Virus record (IMG/VR): IMGVR_UViG_3300033434_000373
Coordinates: 1-40,069 of that record
Reading direction: 5' to 3' (one strand)
DNA length: 40,069 nt
From: a virus
Lineage: Duplodnaviria; Caudoviricetes
In this document: positions 25,593-36,148 of the stretch, in pieces
Position numbering within the stretch: the stretch's first letter is position 1
How the letters are laid out: each line of letters opens with the position of its first letter
Notes under the pieces: generated by a model
Told to the model about the DNA's origin: nothing
The model's input: the letters and a program-made list of their open reading frames with translations, nothing else
Databases searched by the model: none
Made by a program: the position numbers and the translations under genes

Positions 25593-26338
25593 TGACTGTC
25601 AATGACGAGATCACACCGGAGCTTGAGAGGATTAAACAGGAACTTGGTAAGCTTACAGGGATGAAAATCCATATAGGCATACAGGGTGCGTCAGGCTATG
25701 GCGTGTCAGGTGAGGGTAGGAAGGGTACTCCTGCAGATATAATAACTATTGCAAATGTAAATGAGTTTGGAGCCACAATTAAGGCTAAGAATGTAAAAAA
25801 TTTAGCCATACCAATAACAAAAAAAGCAAAAGGTAAGAGCCCTCTAGATTTTCCGGGGCTTTTCTTTTTGCGTACACCCCACGGACTTTTTGGCTGCATA
25901 AGCAAAAGCAGAAAAGGGGGACCACCTAAACAGAAAAGCAGTCCCTCTGAAGATAAGCCAAAATCTAAGAAGTCAGGATCGAAGCCAATTAAAAAGAAAT
26001 TAGGTGATATTGAGTTTCTCTTCATCCTGATGGATTCCGTTACAATTCCAGAGCGCAGCTTTATTCGCGCAGGATATGACAACAACCGGAAGGCGATTGA
26101 AGATATTACGGCCCAGGCTCTTAAAGGTATTATATTCGACTCGTGGGATGCAGATAAGGCAGCAAATCATATTGGTATGGCAATCGTAGGAATTATACAG
26201 ACTTACATGAATTCACCATTTAACTTCAAGGGGAAAGGTCGAGTGACTAAGTCCACATCAAACTGGCCGGGTAATCCCCTGGTGGAAACTGGCCGACTTA
26301 GAAACTCCATCACCTATAGAATCGAAGGAGGCAGTTAA
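25592..26338 (+). CDS. Neck/virion morphogenesis protein
   Basis: IHIGI, NEFG, TIPERSFIR, PLVETGRLRNSITY; Lys-rich insertion. Confidence 0.75.
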   Translation: MTVNDEITPELERIKQELGKLTGMKIHIGIQGASGYGVSGEGRKGTPADIITIANVNEFGATIKAKNVKNLAIPITKKAKGKSPLDFPGLFFLRTPHGLFGCISKSRKGGPPKQKSSPSEDKPKSKKSGSKPIKKKLGDIEFLFILMDSVTIPERSFIRAGYDNNRKAIEDITAQALKGIIFDSWDADKAANHIGMAIVGIIQTYMNSPFNFKGKGRVTKSTSNWPGNPLVETGRLRNSITYRIEGGS

Positions 26339-26339
26339 T

Positions 26340-26708
26340 ATGGGTAGTTTTACTTATGCTCAGCCAATGATTCCCCAGGGTCTGCTCCATGATATGTATG
26401 AGATACAATCTGGATCCGGATTCAGTCAGGAGAATGGCGGGCAGTGGTTACCAGGAGAAGATAAAAAGGTACAGTTTAAGGGAGTGGTGTTGCCTGTAAA
26501 TGATAAGGATCTTATACGTGACACTGGGGGTACTGTTATACAGTATTCTGAAAAGATATACACCAACGGGCATATCCTGCAGATTGGTGCAAGGGTGGAA
26601 GACTCTGATGGAGAAGTGTACACGATTACCCAGGAATTGGGACACAACACTCTCCACCCGATGAAGCGTTATCTCATAGAACGAAAGGGGGCGGCTGCCA
26701 AGCGATGA
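26340..26708 (+). CDS. Head closure/stopper-like protein
   Basis: Position and size; GGQW, beta-rich. Confidence 0.6.
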   Translation: MGSFTYAQPMIPQGLLHDMYEIQSGSGFSQENGGQWLPGEDKKVQFKGVVLPVNDKDLIRDTGGTVIQYSEKIYTNGHILQIGARVEDSDGEVYTITQELGHNTLHPMKRYLIERKGAAAKR

Positions 26709-27235
26709 AGTTTAAAGAAGTAAGGAATCTAATTGTTTCAGGGCTTTATGAATATACGGGGCTGTTTGTGGTTTTAAGTAATCAGCTTAATCCGGAAATG
26801 GAGCTTCCCTTTATCATCTATTCCGTAACGGCTCCCTACATACCGGAAGGTGGCACTGGAGATTTGCAGTCTACATTAGATACGGCTGGTACAGTGAAAG
26901 TGACTAGGTACGAGCAACCGACATGTACTTTTTCTTTCACAGTATGCAGTATGGACCGTCAAACAAAAGACGGTTTTGTATTAGGAGAAGATGAGGCTCT
27001 TGATCTGGCAGAAAAGGCGCAAGGCTGGTTTTTACATACAGGTTATGAGTATATATCCGGAAAGGGTCTTACTGTAGTTGACATAGCTAATGTACAGGAA
27101 CGATCCTTCTTGCAGGTGGACGAAGAAGCGAGGCGGTATGGCTTTGATGTGGTAATAAGGTATGTAAGGACTGATGAAATGACCGTTGCAGGGGTGGAAG
27201 CCGCGGCAATAAAGAAAGGAGACAACAATGAGTAA
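26705..27235 (+). CDS. Tail terminator/neck protein
   Basis: Immediately before the sheath; P..PFIIY and RRYGFDV motifs. Confidence 0.65.
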   Translation: MKFKEVRNLIVSGLYEYTGLFVVLSNQLNPEMELPFIIYSVTAPYIPEGGTGDLQSTLDTAGTVKVTRYEQPTCTFSFTVCSMDRQTKDGFVLGEDEALDLAEKAQGWFLHTGYEYISGKGLTVVDIANVQERSFLQVDEEARRYGFDVVIRYVRTDEMTVAGVEAAAIKKGDNNE

Positions 27236-28289
27236 AGATGTGGTGGTGGCTGTAAGCCTGGAAGTTCGGGCCAATGCAGCCGATACTTTGGACATTCTCT
27301 TAATATCAACGACAGGTGAAAAACCCGCTAAGACATATACTTCTTTAGAAGATATAGAAAAGGATTGGACCAAGTCAAGTGATATTTATTTAAAAGGAGC
27401 GGCACTGTTCAATCAGGGAAAAGCGATCCCGACACCAGCTTCGCTGGTTCGTAAGGTTACGACAGTGGGTTTTGCTTCTCCGGAAACCCCTGCAGCACTC
27501 GTGACAGCGCTTAAGGCCTATCAGCAGATTAATAATGACTGGTATATATTTATGACGGATAAAAGTGATGATGCCTATGTTAAGGCGCTGGGTAAATTTG
27601 CAGAAGAAAGCGAGCCCAGTGTGGCGGAGCTCACAGCGGGTGTAGAGGATCACAGAAAGCTTTATTTTGCTCAAACGACTAATAAAGCGTATGCCTCTAA
27701 AAATGCCAGGACGGTATTGGTCTACACAGAGGATCTTGAAGAGCAGGCGGATGCTGCTTGGGTAGGAGCTGTTGGCCCATGGTACCCACAGTCTGTGACA
27801 TGGAAGTTTAAACTTCCCGCCGGGTTATCCGTACCGGTACTGACTGAATCAGAAGTTACAGGGCTCGAAACAAATAATATCAACTATGTGACGAATGAAT
27901 ACAAAAAGAATTATTTGAAAAACGGAACATGTATGAACGGTGAATGGATTGATGCTGTAATTGGGGCTGACTGGATCGCGCTCACTATGCGATCTAAGCT
28001 CTATGATATTTTTATGAGCAATGCCAATATTCCCTATACGGATGCAGGCTTTGCAATTGTTGCCGCAGGAGTCTTTGAAACTCTTAACGAAGCAACCGGG
28101 TATTCCATTATTGCAGAGAATCCGGAATCTGGTGCAGGAATTTACACAGTATCAGTGCCTAAGAGATCCGAGGCGACAGATGCACAGGCAAGTGCCCGGA
28201 CAATGCCTGATATTAAGTGGGAGGCCCAGCTCGGCGGTGCCGTACACGGAGTTAAAGTATCCGGAATTTTAAAAGCTACATTGAGTTAA
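27228..28289 (+). CDS. Tail sheath protein (DUF3383-like)
   Basis: TWKFK, GEWIDAVIGADW, IPYTDAG, GAVH.V.V.G. Confidence 0.88.
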   Translation: MSKDVVVAVSLEVRANAADTLDILLISTTGEKPAKTYTSLEDIEKDWTKSSDIYLKGAALFNQGKAIPTPASLVRKVTTVGFASPETPAALVTALKAYQQINNDWYIFMTDKSDDAYVKALGKFAEESEPSVAELTAGVEDHRKLYFAQTTNKAYASKNARTVLVYTEDLEEQADAAWVGAVGPWYPQSVTWKFKLPAGLSVPVLTESEVTGLETNNINYVTNEYKKNYLKNGTCMNGEWIDAVIGADWIALTMRSKLYDIFMSNANIPYTDAGFAIVAAGVFETLNEATGYSIIAENPESGAGIYTVSVPKRSEATDAQASARTMPDIKWEAQLGGAVHGVKVSGILKATLS

Positions 28290-28303
28290 GGAGGTAACCA
28301 TAT

Positions 28304-28705
28304 ATGAGTGTAACTGGATATGATTCAAGAAAAGTTAATGTCAATGTGAACGGCTCCATCTTGACCGGCTTTGCAGGTGACGGGCTATTTACAGTGTCCA
28401 AAAGTGAAGACGCCGTCACACCAAACGTGGGGTGCCAGGGAGATGTGGTCTACGAGGAGAACGCCAATGAAAGCGGGACAATTGCAATCACCCTTCAAGG
28501 GACCTCTTCTTCGTTGCCGATGCTTAGAAATCTGGCCGCAAATCGGAAGCAGTTTTCCGTTTCCATTTCTGATGCTAATGATGACGACTCAATTAGTGTC
28601 AGTGCTCAGAAGTGCAGGATTACAAAGATGCCAGATTTGGCACGAGGAAAGAATACCAGCACTGTAACTGTAAATATTTTTGTGCCGAATCTTCAGATCC
28701 GGTAA
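28304..28705 (+). CDS. Tail tube protein (DUF3277-like)
   Basis: YD...V, G..LTGF, VG..G, SGTI.ITL..TS.S; follows the sheath. Confidence 0.85.
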   Translation: MSVTGYDSRKVNVNVNGSILTGFAGDGLFTVSKSEDAVTPNVGCQGDVVYEENANESGTIAITLQGTSSSLPMLRNLAANRKQFSVSISDANDDDSISVSAQKCRITKMPDLARGKNTSTVTVNIFVPNLQIR

Positions 28706-28770
28706 GTGCCATGTCAAGTGCGTGGCCACAAAGACCTAAGGGTTTATCAGAAAGGGGTTATAGAAAGTAT

Positions 28771-29043
28771 ATGGCAAAGAGAAAAGAAGTAATAATCAAC
28801 GGAGTAAATTATGAACTGCAGGGGGTTTCACCTACCTGGTATCTGGATCTAAACGATTCCTGCGGTATGACCGGCGGAAAGCGTCGTACTGCAGATTATA
28901 TGGATGGATTGTTTAAAGGGGTAGTAATTGCCCCGAAAGAGGTAAGTACAGACGGTATGAAATATTTTGATGAGAAGGAAGACATCGAGACAGCTGAAAG
29001 ACTGTTGACCGAGATTGAAAACTTTCTTAGAAAGCGAAGCTGA
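28771..29043 (+). CDS. Tail assembly chaperone
   Basis: Between tube and tape measure; SD AAGGGG; ends ENFLRKRS. Confidence 0.75.
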   Translation: MAKRKEVIINGVNYELQGVSPTWYLDLNDSCGMTGGKRRTADYMDGLFKGVVIAPKEVSTDGMKYFDEKEDIETAERLLTEIENFLRKRS

Positions 29044-29221
29044 TGAGGGAACGGCTCAATGCAGAGCCAGGAAACATGATGAATTTTGGACACTGGTTTT
29101 CGCAACCAGTAAGATATCTTATTCAGAATGGAAAGCCATGGACATGGCGGAGTTTTACGAAGCAAGGGAAGCATATCTAAATTATATGGACCGTTTGAAA
29201 TGCAGAGAGGGGACCCTTTAA
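29015..29221 (+). CDS. Tail assembly chaperone extension (probably reached by frameshift)
   Basis: Overlaps the upstream ORF in the +1 frame with no good SD; M...EFYEA.EA pattern. Confidence 0.6.
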   Translation: MKTFLESEADEGTAQCRARKHDEFWTLVFATSKISYSEWKAMDMAEFYEAREAYLNYMDRLKCREGTL

Positions 29222-29261
29222 AAGGATTCGCTCTCTTTCTTCCGGATTGGAGGGATGAAAT

Positions 29262-31727
29262 ATGGAGGATCAGCGGAATCTAACCATGGGGATACAGTTT
29301 GGTCTGGCTGATTCCCTTTCCCGATTGACCGATGCCCTGGACGCCGTTAATGGAATTAAAAGCGGATTCCTTTCCCTTGAAAAGAGTGCTGAATCCTTTG
29401 GGAGTGAATCTGCCAAAAGTGCCGGTCTTGCATCAAGAGGGCTGGAAGATACAAAAGACGCAAGCCGTAAAGTCCTCAATGCCATGGGAGATCTTACAGA
29501 CTCAGGCGACAGGGTTCAGGACTCAGTCAGAGATGCCCGCAGAGAATTTAATAAGTTTGGGGATTCGGCCACCAATGAGGTGGAAAAGACCCGGGAAGAG
29601 CTGCTTGATGCGAGACAGGCTGTAAGAGATTTAGGTAGTGAAGCTGCAAAAGGAGCAGGCGCGGTAGCGGCAGGAATGAATCAGGCTACTGGATCTGCAG
29701 AAGCTGCAGAAGACGCTTTAAATGATGTTGCTAATGCAGGAGGAGGTGTACGAAGATCCTACAGAGAAATAGGTGCCCAGGCCGGTAGTTTTCGTGAAGC
29801 GATACTTAAATCAAGTAGCTCCGCTATGAAAGATACAGATTCCTTATCAAAGACCATAAAGGGTGGCATTCAAGGTGCTTATGGCTATGCAGGAAAACAA
29901 GTAGAGCAATTTGGCAGTACCGTAAAATCGGGCACGTCAAGTATGAAGGAAGCATTTTCCCATCCTATTCAAACGATAAAGAGTAAGCTATCATCAGCCC
30001 TTGATAGGGCAGTATCCAAACTTGATAAAACAGGTGATACTGCAGATAAAGCCGGCGACGATTTAAAAGGAATGGGAAAGGACGGGGAGTCGGCCGGTAG
30101 TAAGATAAAAGATTCTATCGGATCTGCTGTGAAGTCCTTTTTTGCAATATCGGCAGCTATTGAGATCGTAAAGGCTGGTATTGAAGCAGCTAAGAATTTC
30201 GGCGCGGCAGTATTGGAAGCCGGTAAGCAGTCAGAGCAGACCGGAGCCAAGTTTGGGGCCGTATTCTCTGCGGATAGTGGAGTCCAAGAATGGGCCGATA
30301 ATTTCTCAAGTTCAATTCATCGTAGTAATACTGAGGTACAAGGTTTTTTAGTATCAAATAAATCTATGTATGGCGAACTTGGAATTACGGGTAAGGCAGC
30401 CGATGATCTTTCAAAGGTTACCACATCAATGGCCTATGATCTTGGATCGGCCTTTAAAATGGACGACGCAGAAGCCCTGGGAGTTGTCCAGGATTATATT
30501 AAAGGCAATACTTCAGCTCTTAGCGAGTATGGTATCCAGATAAACGACACCGTACTAAAACAGACAGCCATGTCTATGGGGCTCGGGAGCAATATTGACA
30601 GCTTAGACGATGCTGCCATGGCCCAGGTAAGGATGAATGCACTTCTACAAAACAGCACAGGAATTCAGGAAGCTGCTGCTAAAAAACAGGAGGGGTATTC
30701 CAATGGCATTAAGAGCCTAAAAGGGATTTGGACTGATTTCCTCACTTCTGCAGGAGACAAGTTTGCTCCCGTTTTCACCAATCTGACTGACAGCATTTTA
30801 AAAGCCTGGCCGCAAATCGAACCTGCTTTACTTGGTCTGGTTGATATGCTTAGTAATGGTTTAAGTGCTGGAATGCCTGTTATTATGGGACTTGCTACAT
30901 CTGCGATCCCGGGCTTGGTGCAGACGGTGGGAGAATTATTCACGTCGGTGGCACCCTTGGGAAGCGTTATTATGGAACTTGCCACGACTGCCCTGCCTCC
31001 GTTAGCCAGTGCCATAATGCCAATTATTCAGACCTTTGGATCTCTTGCACAGACCATACTGCCGCCATTGTCCAGGATTATAGCCAATATTGCAACAACA
31101 GTAGTTCCTCCTCTGGTTACAATATTCAGGACTTTTAGCGAGGACGTTATAGCCCCCTTAATGCCGAGCATTGAAAGTATAGCAAATGCAATACTGCCAG
31201 CGTTGTCTGCAGGGCTTAAACTGATTCCTCCGATCTTACAGATCATCTCACCAATAGTAACGACTATTGCCGAGGTGCTATCAAAGGTTGTGGGGTTCCT
31301 CGGGAAAATTGTAGAATGGGCAGCCGGTGGACTTGGATCTATTCTGGATAAAGTGGGCGGTGTTTTTGGTGGTGGAGGATCTTCTAAGACAGGCACCAAT
31401 ATTCCACATAATGCAGAAGGTACCAATAACTTTCAGGGTGGATGGACGCACATTAATGAGCGCGGTGGAGAAATGGCTTACCTGCCGTCCGGCTCCACTA
31501 TTATTCCTGCAGATAAAAGCGAGCAGATAATCAATAACAGTCGATCTCAAAATGTATCCAATACGACACAGTTTAATCCGGAAGTAAAAATAGAGATAAG
31601 CGGGAATGTTGCTCCGGAAACTACGGCCTCATTACAAGCTGAAATAAAGCAGACAATCAGAGAATTATGGCGAGAAATGCAGGAGGATCATTATATGAAT
31701 ATGGCGATTCAGCAAGGAAACGTTTAA
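29262..31727 (+). CDS. Tape measure protein
   Basis: 821 aa, Ala/Gly/Ser-rich helical; 11-residue LPPL-type repeats; C-terminal NAEGT...INERGGE. Confidence 0.92.
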   Translation: MEDQRNLTMGIQFGLADSLSRLTDALDAVNGIKSGFLSLEKSAESFGSESAKSAGLASRGLEDTKDASRKVLNAMGDLTDSGDRVQDSVRDARREFNKFGDSATNEVEKTREELLDARQAVRDLGSEAAKGAGAVAAGMNQATGSAEAAEDALNDVANAGGGVRRSYREIGAQAGSFREAILKSSSSAMKDTDSLSKTIKGGIQGAYGYAGKQVEQFGSTVKSGTSSMKEAFSHPIQTIKSKLSSALDRAVSKLDKTGDTADKAGDDLKGMGKDGESAGSKIKDSIGSAVKSFFAISAAIEIVKAGIEAAKNFGAAVLEAGKQSEQTGAKFGAVFSADSGVQEWADNFSSSIHRSNTEVQGFLVSNKSMYGELGITGKAADDLSKVTTSMAYDLGSAFKMDDAEALGVVQDYIKGNTSALSEYGIQINDTVLKQTAMSMGLGSNIDSLDDAAMAQVRMNALLQNSTGIQEAAAKKQEGYSNGIKSLKGIWTDFLTSAGDKFAPVFTNLTDSILKAWPQIEPALLGLVDMLSNGLSAGMPVIMGLATSAIPGLVQTVGELFTSVAPLGSVIMELATTALPPLASAIMPIIQTFGSLAQTILPPLSRIIANIATTVVPPLVTIFRTFSEDVIAPLMPSIESIANAILPALSAGLKLIPPILQIISPIVTTIAEVLSKVVGFLGKIVEWAAGGLGSILDKVGGVFGGGGSSKTGTNIPHNAEGTNNFQGGWTHINERGGEMAYLPSGSTIIPADKSEQIINNSRSQNVSNTTQFNPEVKIEISGNVAPETTASLQAEIKQTIRELWREMQEDHYMNMAIQQGNV

Positions 31728-31741
31728 GGGAGGTAGGAAAA

Positions 31742-32332
31742 GTGTCATACACATTAACCGGTTTAACAACGGGGTCTGTAAAGTTTGATCCAGGTACCGG
31801 CACAATCACCCAGGAAGTTCTAACCCGAAGTAGTAAGATGACTTCAAACGCCATAGAATCGGGCAGCTCTATTGAGGATCACGTTTATCTTAATCCAGAG
31901 CAGCTGCAGATTACCGGTGTGGTAATAAAAAATCATAATATATTTAAGGAACGCCTGGAATCAATGCATAAGCAAAGGGATCTTGTCACCTACACTGGCA
32001 AGATCCGTGTTTCCAATTATGTAATTATTAATCTGCAGATCAAAAACAGTTCTTCAAATAAAAAAGGGTTTCAATTTACTGCTACCCTTCAAAAAGCAAA
32101 TATAGTTTCTGGTCAATACGTTGAGCTTGGACAGACGGCGCTTATGAGTCAACAGGATTCTGGGAAAAAGAAAGGTGATTCCCAGGCAGCTGCAGTAAAG
32201 GCTGCAGGACTTAAGACTACAGTGAGCCAGCAGATCAGCCAGAGCTCTTATGCAGCTTATGTAAATTCTTATGGTGGCAAGAGTAGCTCCGGACCAGCTC
32301 AGCGAAAGACCGCAAGTCATAATGGCGTGTAG
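31742..32332 (+). CDS. Tail tube initiator/Dit-like baseplate protein
   Basis: TSNAIESGSSIEDH...P..L.ITG; GTG start with SD GGGAGGT. Confidence 0.7.
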   Translation: MSYTLTGLTTGSVKFDPGTGTITQEVLTRSSKMTSNAIESGSSIEDHVYLNPEQLQITGVVIKNHNIFKERLESMHKQRDLVTYTGKIRVSNYVIINLQIKNSSSNKKGFQFTATLQKANIVSGQYVELGQTALMSQQDSGKKKGDSQAAAVKAAGLKTTVSQQISQSSYAAYVNSYGGKSSSGPAQRKTASHNGV

Positions 32333-32340
32333 GAGGAGTG

Positions 32341-32703
32341 ATGATTGATAATTCAGAACTTATGGGACTAACCTATGAAGTGGAATACATACCCATTGAT
32401 TCGTCAAAGGTACCTTACACCTTTTCTGTTAAACTTGATGACCGCACCTATACAATGGCAGTCAAGTACAACGACGGAGGAGGCTTTTTCACAATAGACC
32501 TTTCCCTTTCAGCTACCGGAGAGGTACTCTGCTACGGAAATCCCGTCAGGTACGGAAGACCTATGTTTTCCGGAATCGAGGACGCTGAGTTTCCAATTCC
32601 AGTAATTGTCCCTTACTGCTTGACCGGAGAAGTTGGGGACGTGACATTTGAGAATTTTGGAACAAAGGTTCAACTATACCTTCATGAAAGGAGAGCTGAC
32701 TAA
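32341..32703 (+). CDS. Baseplate component
   Basis: Position; PYTF.V.L, YN, FG..V.LY. Confidence 0.65.
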   Translation: MIDNSELMGLTYEVEYIPIDSSKVPYTFSVKLDDRTYTMAVKYNDGGGFFTIDLSLSATGEVLCYGNPVRYGRPMFSGIEDAEFPIPVIVPYCLTGEVGDVTFENFGTKVQLYLHERRAD

Positions 32704-33554
32704 TGGCTTTTTTCCTGAGGTCTGCCACTATACAGGTGGGACCGCTTAGATATGACATGGACGATGGATTCTATTTTGAGTTTGAGGTTCCTTTTTACGA
32801 CTCAGATCAGCTGGTGACAGCAACATTTACCATAAATAACTTGAGCGCCACTTCCCGGGCGGGGATTCAAAAGGGCCAGATCGTTATATTAAACGCTGGG
32901 TACCAGGACGATATGGGTGTGCTATTTGTTGGCCAGGTAGCTGCGGTCAGCCATAAGCAAAACGGCGTAGATTGGCAGACAAAGATCACAGCAACCGCAG
33001 CACTTGATCAGTGGATTAAAACTCAGGTTAATAAGACCTATATGGCAGGGGCTACCGCTGAAGATATTGTAAGAGATTTGCTCAATATATTTGGTCTGGA
33101 AATAGGAATCTTTGAACTGGTAGAAAAGGTTGAGTACCCGCGCGGGCGAATATGCTCCGGAAAGCTTAAGGATGTTCTGACAGATATAGTTGTCAGTGAA
33201 TGCAAGTCCCGGCTCCTGATCCGGAATAACCAAATTATTATTAATAACCCTGCAGACGGAGTCTCAAAGGGGTATCTCCTGACTCCTGATAGTGGTCTTT
33301 TAATGTCTTCGGACGATTCCGATACAACAGCAACAGCTTCTCAGCAGACAAGTGGTTCTTCAACCGAGGCGAAAAAGGCAGAGGAAAAAACATGGAAGCG
33401 TCAATGCCTTTTAAATTACCGCCTTGCTCCGGGTGATCTGGTGCAGATTCAGTCTAAGGATCTAAACGGGAAATACATAATTGTAAGCGGTAAGCATAAA
33501 GGGTCACCTACAGGAAACTGGTTGACTGAGATAGAGTTTAAATTGGCAAAATAG
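32703..33554 (+). CDS. Baseplate hub protein
   Basis: I.NL, LNAGY, F.G.V, LTPDSGL, CLLNYRL..G. Confidence 0.75.
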   Translation: MAFFLRSATIQVGPLRYDMDDGFYFEFEVPFYDSDQLVTATFTINNLSATSRAGIQKGQIVILNAGYQDDMGVLFVGQVAAVSHKQNGVDWQTKITATAALDQWIKTQVNKTYMAGATAEDIVRDLLNIFGLEIGIFELVEKVEYPRGRICSGKLKDVLTDIVVSECKSRLLIRNNQIIINNPADGVSKGYLLTPDSGLLMSSDDSDTTATASQQTSGSSTEAKKAEEKTWKRQCLLNYRLAPGDLVQIQSKDLNGKYIIVSGKHKGSPTGNWLTEIEFKLAK

Positions 33555-33563
33555 GGAGAGATC

Positions 33564-33950
33564 ATGAGAAAAGATAGAGAGCTATCTAATATAGAAGCAA
33601 ACGAACGTAGGATACTGCAGAATATAAAGGTCGCAGATCTGGTCCAGGTAACTGCGTTTAATAAAGATAAAATGACGGTTGATGTGAAGCCTTTAGTCAA
33701 AAGGAATATATCTGGGACCTATGTCTCTCCTCCGCCAATACTGTCTGTAAAAGTAGTCTATGTGCCAATGGTAGCAGACGACGTGGTACTTAAGCCAAAT
33801 ATAAGAGCTGGAGATCTTGGTGTGGTGGTTTACTTGGATTTGGATAGTGACAGTGCCATTTCCTCGGGTGCTGAAAGCCAACCTACTTCGGTAAGGCTCC
33901 ACTCGGGGGATGATGCCGTCTTTGTCGGTGTTCTCACTCCTGGGTTATGA
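33564..33950 (+). CDS. Baseplate spike (Gp138-like OB domain)
   Basis: TVDVKPL, GD.G.VVY.D.D, RLHS..DAVFVG. Confidence 0.75.
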   Translation: MRKDRELSNIEANERRILQNIKVADLVQVTAFNKDKMTVDVKPLVKRNISGTYVSPPPILSVKVVYVPMVADDVVLKPNIRAGDLGVVVYLDLDSDSAISSGAESQPTSVRLHSGDDAVFVGVLTPGL

Positions 33951-33960
33951 AAGGAGGACC

Positions 33961-34326
33961 ATGACAAATATTACATGGAAGATAGATCCGGATACAAAGG
34001 ATCTGGCTTTTGATAATGACGGATTTCTTAAAACAACAGAGGGGGACGCAACCAGTGTCCAAAATATTCGCATGGCTTTGGAAGCGTGGAAGGGCGATTT
34101 TGTTTTAGTCCCGGATCACGGAACGGATTATAACGCCTTATTGGTTGAGCAGGCCGACGAAGATACGTCTGAAGAAATAATCCGGGAAGCAATTTTTCAA
34201 GAGGACAATATGGGCGTCTTAGAAAAGCTAAGTATTGAGAGAGACAATAATCGGAAGTTGAATATTTCCTTCACTGGTCAACTTGACAATGGAACTGTAG
34301 TTAATATGGAGGTGAATACAGGTTGA
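33961..34326 (+). CDS. Baseplate wedge/sheath initiator (DUF2634/gp25-like)
   Basis: DL.FD, Q.I...L...KG.F......GTDY; SD AAGGAGG. Confidence 0.75.
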   Translation: MTNITWKIDPDTKDLAFDNDGFLKTTEGDATSVQNIRMALEAWKGDFVLVPDHGTDYNALLVEQADEDTSEEIIREAIFQEDNMGVLEKLSIERDNNRKLNISFTGQLDNGTVVNMEVNTG

Positions 34327-35516
34327 ATAATGATTCAAGCACAGACAACTGGGGGCTGACTGAAAAAGGTTTTAATCGCCCTACTTACACAACGCTGCTG
34401 AATGCCTTGGAGTACAAAGCAAGAGAGTTATATGGGGATTCTGTGAATCTTACAGTCAGATCTCCCCTAGGGCTGTTTCTGCGTATCATAGCCTGGGTCT
34501 GGAATATCCTATGGGCGTGCCTGGAAGATATTTACAATAGCCGCTTTGTAGATACCGCTGCAGGGACCAGCTTATATAGCTTAGGCAGGAATATAGGAAT
34601 GCAGGTTTTACCTGAGGGTAAGGCAACTGGCTATATTACTATATCTGGCACACCAGGCACAAGAATTCCGGCGGGTTTTCTGGTGTCTACCAATGGCGGA
34701 CTGCAATATGTTGTCACGTCTGCCGTAACCATTGGGACCGGAGGCTCCGTGTTAGCTATTATAAAAGCGGTTAAGACGGGAACTGAATACAACACTGACG
34801 CTGGTACTGTTCTGGTTATTGTTAATCCTTCATCCGTATCAGGAATAACGGACGTTTATAACAAGTCTGAGATTACTGGTGGCAGGGAGAATGAAACGGA
34901 TACTGCCTTTAGGGACAGATATTATAAATCCGTAGATTATGCCGGCGGTGTTAATGCCGATGCAATTCGGGCTGCTCTGCTGAACGACGTGGAGGGGGTG
35001 TCGTCCGCTTATATATACGAGAATGATCAAGATGTATTTGACGAAATTTATAACCTGCCGGCGCATAGCATGGAGGCCGTTGTATATGGGGGTCTTGATG
35101 AGGCTGTAGCCCAAGCGATCTACGCAAGGCGGGCGGCTGGGATACAAACTTTAGGAAGTACAGCAATTGATGTATTGACGGCTTCTGGCCAGACGATGAA
35201 GATCCGGTTTTCCAGGCCGAGCCCGCGAAGAATATGGATCCGGATAACCAACCTTAAGACAACTAAGGAGTTTCCTGGTAACGGTGCTATAAAAGAGGCG
35301 CTGCTTGAATATATCGGGGATTCTACATCGGGAGGGTTGAATATTGGTGTTAGTGTGGTTTATATCAAGTTGCCAGGCATAATTAACTCGGTTTTAGGTG
35401 TTTCCGACTTCGACCTTGCAATTAGTTCTGACGGTATTAATTATGTAAAAGAAAACATTGCTGTTGGTTACCGCCAGAAAGCCCTTACAGATATGGAGGC
35501 GGTGATCATTACATGA
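34323..35516 (+). CDS. Baseplate J/gp47-family protein
   Basis: DTA.G.SL, GG...ETD..FR.R, PAHS..AVV.GG, AAGIQT.G. Confidence 0.9.
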   Translation: MNNDSSTDNWGLTEKGFNRPTYTTLLNALEYKARELYGDSVNLTVRSPLGLFLRIIAWVWNILWACLEDIYNSRFVDTAAGTSLYSLGRNIGMQVLPEGKATGYITISGTPGTRIPAGFLVSTNGGLQYVVTSAVTIGTGGSVLAIIKAVKTGTEYNTDAGTVLVIVNPSSVSGITDVYNKSEITGGRENETDTAFRDRYYKSVDYAGGVNADAIRAALLNDVEGVSSAYIYENDQDVFDEIYNLPAHSMEAVVYGGLDEAVAQAIYARRAAGIQTLGSTAIDVLTASGQTMKIRFSRPSPRRIWIRITNLKTTKEFPGNGAIKEALLEYIGDSTSGGLNIGVSVVYIKLPGIINSVLGVSDFDLAISSDGINYVKENIAVGYRQKALTDMEAVIIT

Positions 35517-36127
35517 GCTTTGCTGTTAAAATGCTTAAAATGCTAACAAGCGCCTACAACCGTTCAGACGTGGTCAATCTGGAAGCTGGAGAAAAGCCTG
35601 TAACTAATGTAGGGAAACTCTTCTTCCTGGCAGGCTGGGGATTTGACATTTTAAAAGATCATACTGAACGAGTTAGACTTTGGGATGATTTAGATGCAAT
35701 GAGAGGGGCTACCTTAAACCGATATGGGGCTGACTTCGGAGTTGCTCGGGGTGAATCAAGTGATGAGATCTATCGGATTATGATAAAGGTTAAAATCATA
35801 GCTATGCTTGCTGCGGGGAATCTAGACACTGTCATCGTATCTGCTGCGTCTTTATTTAATGTGGATCCTGCGGATGTGAAAGCCGAAGAAGTATACCCCT
35901 CTAAAATTTATCTTTACATTGACGAGGATAAGCTTGACGAGGAGCGTAAAAGAGTGGCGCCGGTGATTGTCGGATTAATGTCCAGAATCAAATCCGCAGG
36001 TATAGGCCTGCGGATCTTCTATCAAACATATTCAGGTGGTAGTGTTAAGTTGTATGTAGCCACTCCAACGTTCCAGCATGTACGAATTCACGTAAAACCT
36101 GAGATTTCTAATGAAATTAATTATTAA
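35513..36127 (+). CDS. Baseplate wedge protein (gpI/gp48-like)
   Basis: DLD...G.TL..YG...GV.R...SDEIYR; follows gpJ. Confidence 0.75.
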   Translation: MSFAVKMLKMLTSAYNRSDVVNLEAGEKPVTNVGKLFFLAGWGFDILKDHTERVRLWDDLDAMRGATLNRYGADFGVARGESSDEIYRIMIKVKIIAMLAAGNLDTVIVSAASLFNVDPADVKAEEVYPSKIYLYIDEDKLDEERKRVAPVIVGLMSRIKSAGIGLRIFYQTYSGGSVKLYVATPTFQHVRIHVKPEISNEINY

Positions 36128-36148
36128 AATATGAATAAGGAGGCTATA

